The notes under the pieces were generated by a model. That model saw only the letters and a list, made by a program, of their open reading frames with translations, was not told where the DNA came from and ran no database searches. From a virus (Duplodnaviria; Caudoviricetes): 61,854 bases of DNA. This document shows, piece after piece, positions 47,697 through 57,996 of the stretch (position 1 is the stretch's first letter; every line of letters starts with the position of its first letter). The stretch lies in the IMG/VR virus record IMGVR_UViG_3300031277_000002, positions 1 through 61,854 of that record. The stretch is one strand, 5' to 3'. The position numbers and the translations under genes were made by a program.

Positions 47697-49268
47697 ATGG
47701 ATTATACCAAAACAAATAGTTTTGAAGGATATATAAAAAATAGGAACATTATAACTAATTATCAAGATGTAAATAGGTTAATAAAATCTATGAATAAAAA
47801 CAATTCTCTTGGTTCTATAAACCCACCTAAAGGTATTTTTGAGCCGGACCCTATGTATAACCATCATTCTGTAGATCCAAGGGGGTTAAGGCAAAAATAT
47901 TACAAATTAACATATAGAATATTAAGAGATATTGCTTCGAAAGTTGCTCCTGTTATAGCAGTTCACACATTAAGAACAATGCAAATAAGACCGTTTAGTT
48001 TTAGGTCATATAATTCTGATGAAACAGGATTTTGTGTAAAACTCAAAGATAAAAAAGCTACTCCAGATAAACAAGAAAAAAAAGAAATAGAAGAAATAGA
48101 GGAATTCTTTCTAAATACGGGATTCAAAGATTTTCAAGGAGCGGGAGAAAGAGAAGATACGATTCAGGAAATCAATGAAGCTCTTACTAGAGAATTATAC
48201 ACTATAGACCAAATTGGGATATCATTAAGAAGAAATAGAAAAGGAAAATTACTTGATTTCTGGCTATTAGATGGCGCAACAATAGTGAGAACAATGAAAA
48301 ATGTAGGATTTGATGGGGATAAAAAGATAAAATTTGTTCAGGAAATAGAAGGTCATATTGTAGAAACTTTTACTGATGATGATATAATTTTTTATTATTC
48401 AAACAGATTGACAGATATTTACAGAAAAGGGTATGGGTTTTCATATCTTGAACAATGTGTTGATGTTATTACATCTTGGGTATTTGGAATGTCTTATAAT
48501 AAAGAATTTTTCAATACTTCAGCACAACCAAAGGGAATTCTTTCTTTTGAAGACGAAGATGCAGATCAATTAGATATAGAAGAGTTACAAAGGCAGTGGA
48601 TATCCATGTTTCAGGGCATTAAGGGAATGTGGAAAACGCCATTTCTTACTCACAAGGCAAAATGGCAAAATATTTCACCATCTAATAGAGATATGGAGTA
48701 TAATGAATATCTTCAGGTTCTTTCTTCGTGGATTTTTGCAATTCATGGAACAGATGCTCAAGAAATAGGATTAAGATTAAATCAAGCTCAAAATGTATTA
48801 AATGAGAATCAAGAATCAAAAATTGCTTTTTCTAAATCAAGAGCCTTAAGAGATTTATTATTTTCTTTATCAACTATTTATAATAAAATATTACAAAGAG
48901 TTCCAGAGTGGGATAAATACCAATTAGTGTTTACCGGATTAGAAGCTAAAGATCAAGCAGCTGAAGAAGATGTAAAATCAAAAGCAGTTAAAACAAGAAA
49001 AACAGTAAATGAAATAAGAGCAGAAGAGGATGACCCACCTTTAGAATATGGTGATATTATATTAGACCCTCAATATATTCAATATATTCAATATGCTCAA
49101 TCTCAACAACAAATGAAACAACAATCAGAACAGGGAATTAATGACCAAACACAAACACAAGAAAATAATAATACAGATAACCAGGAACCAGATTTTGAAA
49201 TAAACGAAGGCGACTTGGAAGAAATAAATAAATCAAAAAATGATGATTTTATAGAAATAATTTTATAA
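47697..49268 (+). CDS. Portal protein
   Basis: Size and position; DGATI, GYGFSYLE, FF...QPKGIL, DMEY, TVNEIRAE.D.PPL..GDIIL. Confidence 0.88.
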   Translation: MDYTKTNSFEGYIKNRNIITNYQDVNRLIKSMNKNNSLGSINPPKGIFEPDPMYNHHSVDPRGLRQKYYKLTYRILRDIASKVAPVIAVHTLRTMQIRPFSFRSYNSDETGFCVKLKDKKATPDKQEKKEIEEIEEFFLNTGFKDFQGAGEREDTIQEINEALTRELYTIDQIGISLRRNRKGKLLDFWLLDGATIVRTMKNVGFDGDKKIKFVQEIEGHIVETFTDDDIIFYYSNRLTDIYRKGYGFSYLEQCVDVITSWVFGMSYNKEFFNTSAQPKGILSFEDEDADQLDIEELQRQWISMFQGIKGMWKTPFLTHKAKWQNISPSNRDMEYNEYLQVLSSWIFAIHGTDAQEIGLRLNQAQNVLNENQESKIAFSKSRALRDLLFSLSTIYNKILQRVPEWDKYQLVFTGLEAKDQAAEEDVKSKAVKTRKTVNEIRAEEDDPPLEYGDIILDPQYIQYIQYAQSQQQMKQQSEQGINDQTQTQENNNTDNQEPDFEINEGDLEEINKSKNDDFIEIIL

Positions 49269-49281
49269 AGGTTAATTAATT

Positions 49282-52200
49282 ATGACTAAATTAGTGTTTT
49301 TTAAATCAGCTAGAGATTTTCCTATAGGCCATATAAGTGTAACAAAAACAGGACAAAAGATTAAAAAGGTTGCTCCCGGAAAATGGGTTCAAATTTCTGA
49401 AAAAAGAGAAAACAAAAACGTACAGGGCTTAACCATAAAAAACGGTTTTTATTTTGACGGAAAAACAAAAATAACAAACGATTATGAGAAAGCAAAAAAA
49501 TATATACAAAAAAAAGAAGAAAATAAACCAGCTTTCCAAAAAAAAGAAAATAAAAATATATCAATAGGTGATACCATAAGAGTCAAAGCTAATGCAAAAA
49601 AAGACGGAATAAGGGAAACCAAAGGGAGGGGGATAGTTGCAAAAGTTAAAGAAATTAAGGATGGAATTGTAAAAATAATAGATGATACAGGAAGAATGTT
49701 TCAGGTCCAGCAATCTTCATTAGAGTTTGCAAAATCTGGAATAATAGTCAATTATTTTGATTTAATTAAATCTGAAGAATTAAAAATTGGAATTAAAGTA
49801 GAAAAAGAACATGCAAACACGGTTAAAAAAATAAAAGATAAAAATTTAAACGAGCATGAATCAGCTAAACTAATTGCAAAAGATCATATTAAAGAAGCAA
49901 AAGATAAAGGATATGATTATTATAAACGATTATTAGTTATGGAAAATTTAGAAGATTATAAAGGTATAGATAAAAAAATAATTGAATATATCAAATCTAA
50001 TAATTTTATAAAAGACGAAAAAGGAATTCATGAATTTGCGAAAAAACTAAAAATTAACCAGCATAAACTAGAAGAGAGAATTTATGCAATATTAAAAGAC
50101 GTAGTTGGAAACAAAATAAAAAAATCATCTAATTTTGTTTTCAGTTTATTTAAATCAAGAGACGATAAACTTGAAAAATTGAAAAAATTTTTAATTAAAA
50201 TTTTAGAAAATAATGTTGAAAAATCTTTAGTTTTTGGTTTTTTTGATTTGATAAAGGCAGGAAAAGGCTATTCAGTTGGGACTATAAGAAGTTGGAAGGA
50301 AAAAAAATTCATAAAAGTGTCTCCCGGGAAATGGAGAAGGTTTTATGAAGGAGAGAGTAGAGGACAAAAACAGTCAATATCTTATATAAAAAAACAAATT
50401 GAAAAAGCAGACTCTATCTCAGAATTGGCAAAAATAGTTTTTGAAAATAGAAAAAGATTCACAAATTTAGATGGGTCTTATCATAAAATTGTGAACCAAT
50501 TACTTGAATTAGCAAAAAACAAAAAAAAGGACAAAAAAAATGGTAAAATTAGAACAACAAATAACACAGGCAGAAGCTATGTTGATGGGGGTAAAAAAAA
50601 TGGAAAAGAACAAAAAACTTTATCAAAATCAGAAATTAAAACAGTTAGATCCGATATTACACAAAGAGCTAAAAGTAATGAGATACCCGAAGATATTGGA
50701 AGAAATTTAAACAAACATCAAAAAGATGCAATTAATTTAATATTAGAAAATTATAAAAAAAATAAAGGATTTTTGCTAGCAGACGGGACCGGAGTTGGAA
50801 AAACCAGACAAGAAATAGCTTTAGCAAAAATACAATTGGATAAAAATAAAAAAACATTAATTGTAACTGAAAATAAAAGAATAATAGAAGATGCGTTTAA
50901 AAAAGACGCAAAGCCATTTAATATTGATTTAAATTATATTGAAAATAAAGAAAATATAAATGATAAAAAAATAAATATTACAACATACGACAAATTAAAA
51001 AACATTTCAGAAGAATCTTTTGACCAAATAATATTTGACGAGTCTCATAACTTAAAAAATTATACATCACAAAAAACAAAAAATGGATTAAATTTAATAA
51101 AAAAATCTAAAAATGTATTGTTAGCAACAGCTACTCCTCTTGATAAACCTGAGCATGTTGGATATATAGCTTCTGGATTAGGGTTAAATTATTTTAAAGT
51201 AATGAAAGATTTAGGACAAAAAGAAAAAGAGGTAAATATAGGATACGGAAAAACAATAAAAGTTTTTGAAAGAGAAGTTTCTAAATTAGAAGAATTATAT
51301 AGAATAGGTAATTTTTTTGATAAATTAACAAATTATGGAAATATGATTAAAAGAGAAGTATCTATGGACAACGTTAATTTAAACATTATTGACATAGATG
51401 TTTCAAAAAAAGAAAAAGAAATTTTTGACAATTTATATGAAAAATTCGAAAATCATATAAGCAGCGTTCCAAAAAAAGAAAAAGGGATAGCGACCGCTAC
51501 AGGTTTAATGGCTTTAAGAAGGGTAAATGAGGATTTTAAAATAAATAAAGCATTAAACGAAATAGAAAATGATATAAAAAACGGGAAAAAAGTTGTATTG
51601 TTTGCCACCAGGGTCAACAAATCAGATATTTCCTTTGGTGGTGAAAAAAAAGTTAATTCTTTTGAAAGTGAAGGAGTATTAAATAAAATAAACGAAGAAT
51701 TAGAAAAAAAAGGAATAAAGGTATCAAAATTATATAAACATGACAACAAATCAAAAGAAGTTAGAGAAAAAAAATCAAAAGAAGCAATAGACAAATTTCA
51801 AAACGGGGATAATCAGGTAATAATAACGACTCCTCAGTCTGGAGGAACTGGATTAAATTTAGATGATAGCAAGGGTAATAGTCCAAGATCTGTTATTGTA
51901 TTAACTCCCCCATTTTCTGCAAATGATGTTGTACAAATGTTGGGTAGAGTTAATAGATTAACAACAAAAAGCAAAGTAGATGCAAAATTAATTTATATAA
52001 AAAATAATCCTGTAGAAGATTGGAATAAAGGTATAATAAATACAAAATTAAAAAGACTTGGAGCGTCTTCAAAAGGAGATTACGAAAATATAATTTTAGA
52101 CAATAAAATTGATAATGGGTTGATAGACAATTTAAGCGACAGTGAAATTAAAAATATTACAAAAAATAATATAGCTTTGCCAGAAAATCAAGATTTTGTA

Positions 52201-52917
52201 ATGGAGTCTTTAAATAAAATAAACCCAAATTATAAAGAAAAAAAAGAAAAAGTTGAATATATAAAAAATATTGATCATTTTATTTCAATATTGCCAAAAA
52301 AAGAAAACGGAAAAATAGATTTTTCCAAACCATTACCTAACCCTAAATATAATTTTGGTAAAAACAAAGGAAAGACAATTAATAGTGATTTATCTTATTT
52401 AAAATGGGTTTTTAGTACCGCCGGGTATTATAATATAGATTTTAATAAAATAAATTTTTTAAAATCATTTAAAATAATTTTTCGTGTAAATAAAAATTTA
52501 TTATTAAAAACCGTAGCTGGTATTGAAAAATATTATAATAAAATTTATGGACCGGGTTCTTATTCTAAAATTCCTGTTAGCAAAAAAACAAAAGAAAGTG
52601 AAAAAAAATTTGATATAAACGTAAGCCCTAAAGAAAGGTCAGAATATTTATCATCAGAAGATCATGAAAGATATGTTAAAGCCAAAAAAAAACTTGCTAA
52701 TTATGCAGGAACAAATACCCATTATGGAAAAGGTATAGTTTCTCAAGTTAAAAAAAAATTAAAAAATAAAAAAGAATATATGAAAAATCAAAAAGATAAA
52801 AAATTTGAAAAAGTAATGAGAGAATTTTATGATGGAAAATTAAAAGATAGTTCCGGAAAGCTAGTAACTGATAAAAAGAGAGCTATAGCAATAGCATTTT
52901 CAGAAAGTGGAAAATAA
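49282..52917 (+). CDS. Polyvalent head-associated protein with strawberry-notch-like SF2 helicase
   Basis: LADGTGVGKT, FDESH, ATATP, GGTGLNL, QMLGRVNR. Also a DUF5661-like segment (GIKVEKEH..IAKDH.KE..YY) and a DUF6496-like C terminus (KVMREF..GKL..SSGK.VT..K.AIAIAFSE). Confidence 0.8.
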   Translation: MTKLVFFKSARDFPIGHISVTKTGQKIKKVAPGKWVQISEKRENKNVQGLTIKNGFYFDGKTKITNDYEKAKKYIQKKEENKPAFQKKENKNISIGDTIRVKANAKKDGIRETKGRGIVAKVKEIKDGIVKIIDDTGRMFQVQQSSLEFAKSGIIVNYFDLIKSEELKIGIKVEKEHANTVKKIKDKNLNEHESAKLIAKDHIKEAKDKGYDYYKRLLVMENLEDYKGIDKKIIEYIKSNNFIKDEKGIHEFAKKLKINQHKLEERIYAILKDVVGNKIKKSSNFVFSLFKSRDDKLEKLKKFLIKILENNVEKSLVFGFFDLIKAGKGYSVGTIRSWKEKKFIKVSPGKWRRFYEGESRGQKQSISYIKKQIEKADSISELAKIVFENRKRFTNLDGSYHKIVNQLLELAKNKKKDKKNGKIRTTNNTGRSYVDGGKKNGKEQKTLSKSEIKTVRSDITQRAKSNEIPEDIGRNLNKHQKDAINLILENYKKNKGFLLADGTGVGKTRQEIALAKIQLDKNKKTLIVTENKRIIEDAFKKDAKPFNIDLNYIENKENINDKKINITTYDKLKNISEESFDQIIFDESHNLKNYTSQKTKNGLNLIKKSKNVLLATATPLDKPEHVGYIASGLGLNYFKVMKDLGQKEKEVNIGYGKTIKVFEREVSKLEELYRIGNFFDKLTNYGNMIKREVSMDNVNLNIIDIDVSKKEKEIFDNLYEKFENHISSVPKKEKGIATATGLMALRRVNEDFKINKALNEIENDIKNGKKVVLFATRVNKSDISFGGEKKVNSFESEGVLNKINEELEKKGIKVSKLYKHDNKSKEVREKKSKEAIDKFQNGDNQVIITTPQSGGTGLNLDDSKGNSPRSVIVLTPPFSANDVVQMLGRVNRLTTKSKVDAKLIYIKNNPVEDWNKGIINTKLKRLGASSKGDYENIILDNKIDNGLIDNLSDSEIKNITKNNIALPENQDFVMESLNKINPNYKEKKEKVEYIKNIDHFISILPKKENGKIDFSKPLPNPKYNFGKNKGKTINSDLSYLKWVFSTAGYYNIDFNKINFLKSFKIIFRVNKNLLLKTVAGIEKYYNKIYGPGSYSKIPVSKKTKESEKKFDINVSPKERSEYLSSEDHERYVKAKKKLANYAGTNTHYGKGIVSQVKKKLKNKKEYMKNQKDKKFEKVMREFYDGKLKDSSGKLVTDKKRAIAIAFSESGK

Positions 52918-52965
52918 TTGATTAATAATTAATAAAAAAGAAGTATATTTAATAAAGGATTTTGT

Positions 52966-54231
52966 ATGGATTATAATATTTTTGAAGAAGATTTTTTTAA
53001 ATCTAATGTTTTAGGTGAAAATGGATTACTTTTAAAGTCTGAAAATAATTATTCAAAATTAGATCAGATAAAAAAATTTTTAATTTCAATTTTAAATGAT
53101 AAATTAAAAAAATCATTTGAAAATTTATTTTTTGGTATGAATGAAGAGTTGTTAATTAAAGGTAAATCATATCCAGTTGGAACAATTAGAGAATGGCAAG
53201 GAAAAAGATTCAAAAAAATTTCTAAAGGTAAGTGGATGCGTTCATACTCTGAAGGTGAAAAAAGCACTGGAGAAAATATTGCAATAGCAAAAACAATTAA
53301 AAAGATTCAAAATGCAAAATCTATTTCAGAATTGGCTCAGATCGTCAGAGATAACAAAAGCAGATTTGAAGGAAAAGATGGTAAAATTCACCCAACCGTA
53401 AAACAAATTTTAGGTATTGCAAAAGAAAAAAAATTAGCTAAACAAGGTGAAACGAAAGAAAATATTGAAAAAGAAGCAGTAGAAAATACATTAAACAGTT
53501 TAAAGAAAAAAGGCTATACAAAAGCAATAATAAATGATAAAAATGAAATATTTCTTATAAACAAAAACAAAAATGATTCAATGTTAATGCCAGATGTATA
53601 TAAAACAAAACATAGAGATTTGGTAGAAAAAATTTTCGGTAAAATAGAAAAAGGAGAAATAAAAGAAAACAAACCTAATTTATCAATTAATGAACGTGCC
53701 CAAAAGATAAAAGAAAAAAAAGAAGACTTTAAAACAAAAGAAGAACTTTCTAAAAAAGTTAGAGATAAAAATGGCAACGTTGTTACTATAAAGCAGTTTA
53801 TTGAAAACATTTTTGATAAAGGATATGATAAATATTCAGAAAAAAAAGTTGGAATTAACATTGTTGGAAGGCTGGAAAATAAAGATGGTATGTTTTATGA
53901 TTTTAAAAAGAAAAGCGAAAAGGAATATGCTAAAAATATAGCAAGTCAAAAAAATAAGGAGGAAGGATCGTTAAATTCTTTTGAAAAAAGATGGAAAGAT
54001 TTGACAAAAAACAATTTACCAATGGAACTTAATCCTTTTGTAAGAGTAATAAAAGAATCAAAAAGTAAAGAAGAAGCGCTTTATAAAATAAAAAACATGA
54101 AAAACGTTCCTTTTCATACATCGAAAATGTTTAGAGAAAAATATGGCATAAAAAACGGCAAAAAAGTAGCAACAGTAGAAGAGGCTTTTGATGGTCTTTA
54201 TAAAGACGTTAAAAATAGAGAAAAGAATTGA
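52966..54231 (+). CDS. Head-region protein sharing an ~120-aa module with 49282-52917
   Basis: YPVGTIREW..K..KISKGKW...SISELAQIV.DN..RF matches YSVGTIRSW..K..KVSPGKW...SISELAKIV.EN..RF. Confidence 0.7.
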   Translation: MDYNIFEEDFFKSNVLGENGLLLKSENNYSKLDQIKKFLISILNDKLKKSFENLFFGMNEELLIKGKSYPVGTIREWQGKRFKKISKGKWMRSYSEGEKSTGENIAIAKTIKKIQNAKSISELAQIVRDNKSRFEGKDGKIHPTVKQILGIAKEKKLAKQGETKENIEKEAVENTLNSLKKKGYTKAIINDKNEIFLINKNKNDSMLMPDVYKTKHRDLVEKIFGKIEKGEIKENKPNLSINERAQKIKEKKEDFKTKEELSKKVRDKNGNVVTIKQFIENIFDKGYDKYSEKKVGINIVGRLENKDGMFYDFKKKSEKEYAKNIASQKNKEEGSLNSFEKRWKDLTKNNLPMELNPFVRVIKESKSKEEALYKIKNMKNVPFHTSKMFREKYGIKNGKKVATVEEAFDGLYKDVKNREKN

Positions 54232-55874
54232 AAATAAAATTTAAAGAGAATAAATTATTATCTAAAGAAAACTTCAAAGAAACATTATTAAAAGCTTTAA
54301 AAAATCTTTCAGACTACGAGATGTCTGAATTTTTATTTGAAAAAGAATTTCAAAAAGCTTATATAAAATTTATGGAAGAGGTTGTCGATTCTATAATCCA
54401 GGGAATAGCGTTAAAAATAAATGTTGAACCTAAAAATATAAAAAAATCTTACAAATTTAAAAATTTAACCCTTTTAAAAGCCTCTAATGGAATGATTGAT
54501 GAAGATTCACTATTGCTTAAAAGTTTGTGGGAAAAACTAAAAGAAAAATATACAAAAGCAATTAATATATTTAAAAAATTCTTTTTTAATAACGGAAAAC
54601 CTTTGGAACCAATGAAAATTAAAGATAATGTGAATTATAATCCAGAAACAATGAATATATTAAAAGATAAACAGTGGAATAATATTGAAAACGGAATAGT
54701 TGATTATCTTAAAGATACAATAAAAAATCCTGAAGAAGAATTTACGATAAGAGCCGGAATGTTTGGGTTATTAAGAAAGAAAATGGATGATGAAGGAATA
54801 TCCATAGATGATCAGAAAAAAATGTCTTATGATGATTTAGTTGAAAAATTTGGAACCAAAATAAATGATACTGAAAAAATAAAAAAAGAATTAATAAAAG
54901 AGAAACAGTTAAAAGAATCTATAGAATACGCAAAAAATCATGCAGCAGAATATTTATCTATAAAAGACGGAGAGTTAAAAAATAAACTAGTTAAAATGAT
55001 GAGAAAACAAATAGTTGGTGGGTTAGAGGATGGAATATCCAAAGAAGAAATGATAAGTCGTTTGTATTGGATTGACCCTGAAGATGAGTTAGGAAAAAGA
55101 TTTAATGACGATACGATTGCTGCATGGAACAGAGACCTTAGGCGGATTGTTATATCAGAATTTTCTTATGCATCTAACAATGGTTATTTAGCTGCAAACA
55201 AAGATGATGTAAAAGACGGAGGAAAAGTATATTTTGTTTTTAATGGTCAATATAATCCACAAGAAAAACCAAACAGGCCTTGCAATTTATATCTAGGGAA
55301 AATAGGCGTATTGGTTGATAATCCTCAATCAACAGAAGATACGAATGATACTTTTGCTGATTATGCAATATGGTATGGCAAAAATAATGTAGGAAGAAAA
55401 GAAAAAGAATGGTGGTTTTGTATCCCGGTCCACTGCCACTGTACTCATTATTGGGAAAGAATTAATCCAGAAACGCAAAAATATAACGAAGAAATAGGAA
55501 AAATAGAGTATAAAACCGATGAAGTAAAAAAATCAACAGAAATATCCATCGATAATATTGACTGGAAACAAATAAAAGCAAAACCAATTGAAGAACAATT
55601 GCCAGAACTGATTAAAAAAGTAAAAACAGAATTAAAAATAAATTTTCCAATTATCGTGAGGTTATATAAAGAACACGAAGAAGGGAAAGAAATTAGAAGT
55701 CTTCATGATGAAGGAATTATTATTATATATGAAAATAGTCCAGATCCAATTTTGGATTTTTATCACGAATTGGGGCACTTGTATTATCATATTTCAGAAG
55801 TTGAAAAAAATAAAAGTTTAATAAGTTTATTAAATAATATTAAAAACAAAATAGAACAGGAAAATAAAAAATGA
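54228..55874 (+). CDS. MuF/gpF-like head morphogenesis protein with C-terminal HExxH metallopeptidase start
   Basis: RDLRRIVISE..A.NNG, C...PVHCHCTH.W, HELGH. Confidence 0.7.
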   Translation: MKIKFKENKLLSKENFKETLLKALKNLSDYEMSEFLFEKEFQKAYIKFMEEVVDSIIQGIALKINVEPKNIKKSYKFKNLTLLKASNGMIDEDSLLLKSLWEKLKEKYTKAINIFKKFFFNNGKPLEPMKIKDNVNYNPETMNILKDKQWNNIENGIVDYLKDTIKNPEEEFTIRAGMFGLLRKKMDDEGISIDDQKKMSYDDLVEKFGTKINDTEKIKKELIKEKQLKESIEYAKNHAAEYLSIKDGELKNKLVKMMRKQIVGGLEDGISKEEMISRLYWIDPEDELGKRFNDDTIAAWNRDLRRIVISEFSYASNNGYLAANKDDVKDGGKVYFVFNGQYNPQEKPNRPCNLYLGKIGVLVDNPQSTEDTNDTFADYAIWYGKNNVGRKEKEWWFCIPVHCHCTHYWERINPETQKYNEEIGKIEYKTDEVKKSTEISIDNIDWKQIKAKPIEEQLPELIKKVKTELKINFPIIVRLYKEHEEGKEIRSLHDEGIIIIYENSPDPILDFYHELGHLYYHISEVEKNKSLISLLNNIKNKIEQENKK

Positions 55875-55970
55875 TTAATTGTTTAATATGCAAAAAAGAA
55901 GATATTAATAAATTTGACTTTAAAATTTTTGGATTATTTTTAAATAATATTAAAAATCAGGAATTATTAA

Positions 55971-56597
55971 ATGTATAAACAACTTTTTAACAATTCTCAT
56001 ACTTATTCAGATATTAAAGAAATATTTGCAACTATTTTTAAATGGTATTTTGCTGGAAAAACTATAAATAATGCATATATGGAAGCATTAAAAAAAGAAT
56101 GCCCAGAAGGGATTGAAATAATAAAAATTATAGAAAAAAATAATTTAAAAAAATCAGAATTAAAAGATTTTGATTTATTAAAAAATGATAAAACTAAATT
56201 GAGAATGGAATATGAAGGAATTCCGATAAATATAGAGTGGTTAAAAGGAGAAGTTAGAACTTATCCAGGAAGCCCATATAAAAATCTAATGAATAAACAT
56301 CATTATGGATATGTTAGAAATACTGATAGCCCGGACGGGGAGGACATAGATGTTTATGTTCATATTCCAATTAAAAAAAATGCACCAATTTATATGTTAA
56401 ATCAATTACATGCAAATGACGAATTTGAAGGAGAATTTGACGAACATAAATTTATGATCGGATATCCATCTAAAAAAGCAGCGGAAAACGCATATATAGA
56501 AACTATGCAAAAAAATATGTGCGGTTCGTTAACCAAAATATCTTTAAAAAATTTTAAAGAAAATATATTGCCGTTTTATAAAAAGGCTAAAAGATGA
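55971..56597 (+). CDS. Inorganic-pyrophosphatase-like (InPase) domain protein
   Basis: IEW.KG..R, HYGYVRNT.SPDGEDIDVYV, FDEHKFMIGY.S...A..AY. Confidence 0.75.
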   Translation: MYKQLFNNSHTYSDIKEIFATIFKWYFAGKTINNAYMEALKKECPEGIEIIKIIEKNNLKKSELKDFDLLKNDKTKLRMEYEGIPINIEWLKGEVRTYPGSPYKNLMNKHHYGYVRNTDSPDGEDIDVYVHIPIKKNAPIYMLNQLHANDEFEGEFDEHKFMIGYPSKKAAENAYIETMQKNMCGSLTKISLKNFKENILPFYKKAKR

Positions 56598-56758
56598 ACG
56601 AAAAAGAATTTCATTGTTTTATGCATGATCAGGAAATTGAAATTCTTAAATATATAAAAAATAAAAAAGATAAACAAAAGTTTTTAAACGTTTGGATAAA
56701 AAAATATGCAAAAAAATTTAGAAATAAGTGGACAAAAAAACACAAAACTATAGATTAA
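56594..56758 (+). CDS. 54-aa paralogue of 45731-45928 (not in track)
   Basis: FMHDQEIEI.K...WIKKYAKKFR..W. Confidence 0.6.
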   Translation: MNEKEFHCFMHDQEIEILKYIKNKKDKQKFLNVWIKKYAKKFRNKWTKKHKTID

Positions 56759-56812
56759 TAAAATTAATGTACTATAATTAATAATATATTAATTTTATTT
56801 AAAGAGGTAAAT

Positions 56813-57298
56813 ATGAAAAGATTTTTATTAACTATTTTAATTATTTTTGTTTCTTTTAATTTATTTTCTGAAGTTATTATTTTTTCTGTTTGGGATCAGG
56901 AAAATCAAGTTTTTAGATTAACCCCTGCTTATTTGGATTGTAAAGTTTATTTTTATGATAATTCTTATTTAATTAATTGTGAATTTGCGGTACAAAATGA
57001 AAACGATATAAATTATTTTAGCGTTCCCTATCCTTTATTAAAAAATGCTATAACAAATTATGAAAAATTAGGAATTGATGAGGAGAATAAGGCATACGAA
57101 TTAGTTAAACCTTTTCCTTTTTCAAATGATAATGTAGTTGGATTTTTTTCAAACAATATTAATTCCCAGTCTTATTTGTTTATAATGGGCTTTTACAAAA
57201 ATTTAAAACAACTGTCATTGTTTCCAGATGATGTTCAAAAATTAAAAAAATTTATAGATAATAGTGCAAAAAAAATAATAGAGGATCAAAATGGATAA
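56813..57298 (+). CDS. Secreted hypothetical protein
   Basis: Signal peptide MKRFLLTILIIFVSFNLFS; class B-like promoter TAGATT-16-TATAAT at 56751-56778. Confidence 0.65.
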   Translation: MKRFLLTILIIFVSFNLFSEVIIFSVWDQENQVFRLTPAYLDCKVYFYDNSYLINCEFAVQNENDINYFSVPYPLLKNAITNYEKLGIDEENKAYELVKPFPFSNDNVVGFFSNNINSQSYLFIMGFYKNLKQLSLFPDDVQKLKKFIDNSAKKIIEDQNG

Positions 57299-57635
57299 TC
57301 TAAATGCGAAAATGGTGGAATACCAATCTGCCGCAATGAAAGTAAATAAATTAGAAAGTTTGATAAATGATTTTTTTATTTCTCTATCTAAGAGAGAAGA
57401 TGCAAAAATCGATAGATGCTCAGATTATGGAGAAAGGTCTATTAATATAATTATTCCGTTTGATGAAATTAATCTTAATCTTATTGACAAAGAAAAATTT
57501 GAAAAAATAAGAGAGATAATAAAGGAACACAGAAAATTAAGAAATATGCAAAAAAAGATAGAAAGAGAAATAAACGAACTAAATTCAGTAACAAATGTTT
57601 TAAAAAGCGACATAGATAATTATGATTTTTATTAA
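57291..57635 (+). CDS. Hypothetical protein
   Basis: GAGG RBS. Confidence 0.55.
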   Translation: MDNLNAKMVEYQSAAMKVNKLESLINDFFISLSKREDAKIDRCSDYGERSINIIIPFDEINLNLIDKEKFEKIREIIKEHRKLRNMQKKIEREINELNSVTNVLKSDIDNYDFY

Positions 57636-57996
57636 AGAAAATATTTATAAAAAAATAATTAATCTTAAAAAAGAATCTTGTGGTTTTATTTTTGGAAAAA
57701 ATTGTGTTGATAATTTTTATTTAATGAAAAATAAATCATCAAAAAAAGATGAATTTAAAATAGGACCACTTGGTTTTTTATTATTTATTTTTAAAAATTT
57801 TTTTAAATTATTAAAGTGTAATCACTTTATTGTTTTCCATGTTCATAGTTTATCAAAAAATTTATCACAAAAAGATAAAAAAAATATGATATCTGGAATA
57901 TTATACGCAATAGTTTTTAAAAATAATATTAATTTATATATAAAAAACAAAAAAATATATTATCTTGGAACAGTTAAAGTAAAATGCAAAAAATGA
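57622..57996 (+). CDS. JAB/MPN-like metalloprotease domain protein
   Basis: ESCGFIFG...FHVH.....LSQKD (E...HxH...SxxD). Confidence 0.6.
   Translation: MIFIKENIYKKIINLKKESCGFIFGKNCVDNFYLMKNKSSKKDEFKIGPLGFLLFIFKNFFKLLKCNHFIVFHVHSLSKNLSQKDKKNMISGILYAIVFKNNINLYIKNKKIYYLGTVKVKCKK

Noticed and set aside
556-57613. Minus-strand ORFs in the track (e.g. 556-1116, 2328-2594, 9495-9821, 51453-51794)
   Set aside because: They are Phe/Leu/Ile-rich antisense shadows of A-rich plus-strand genes, with no motifs or RBSs.
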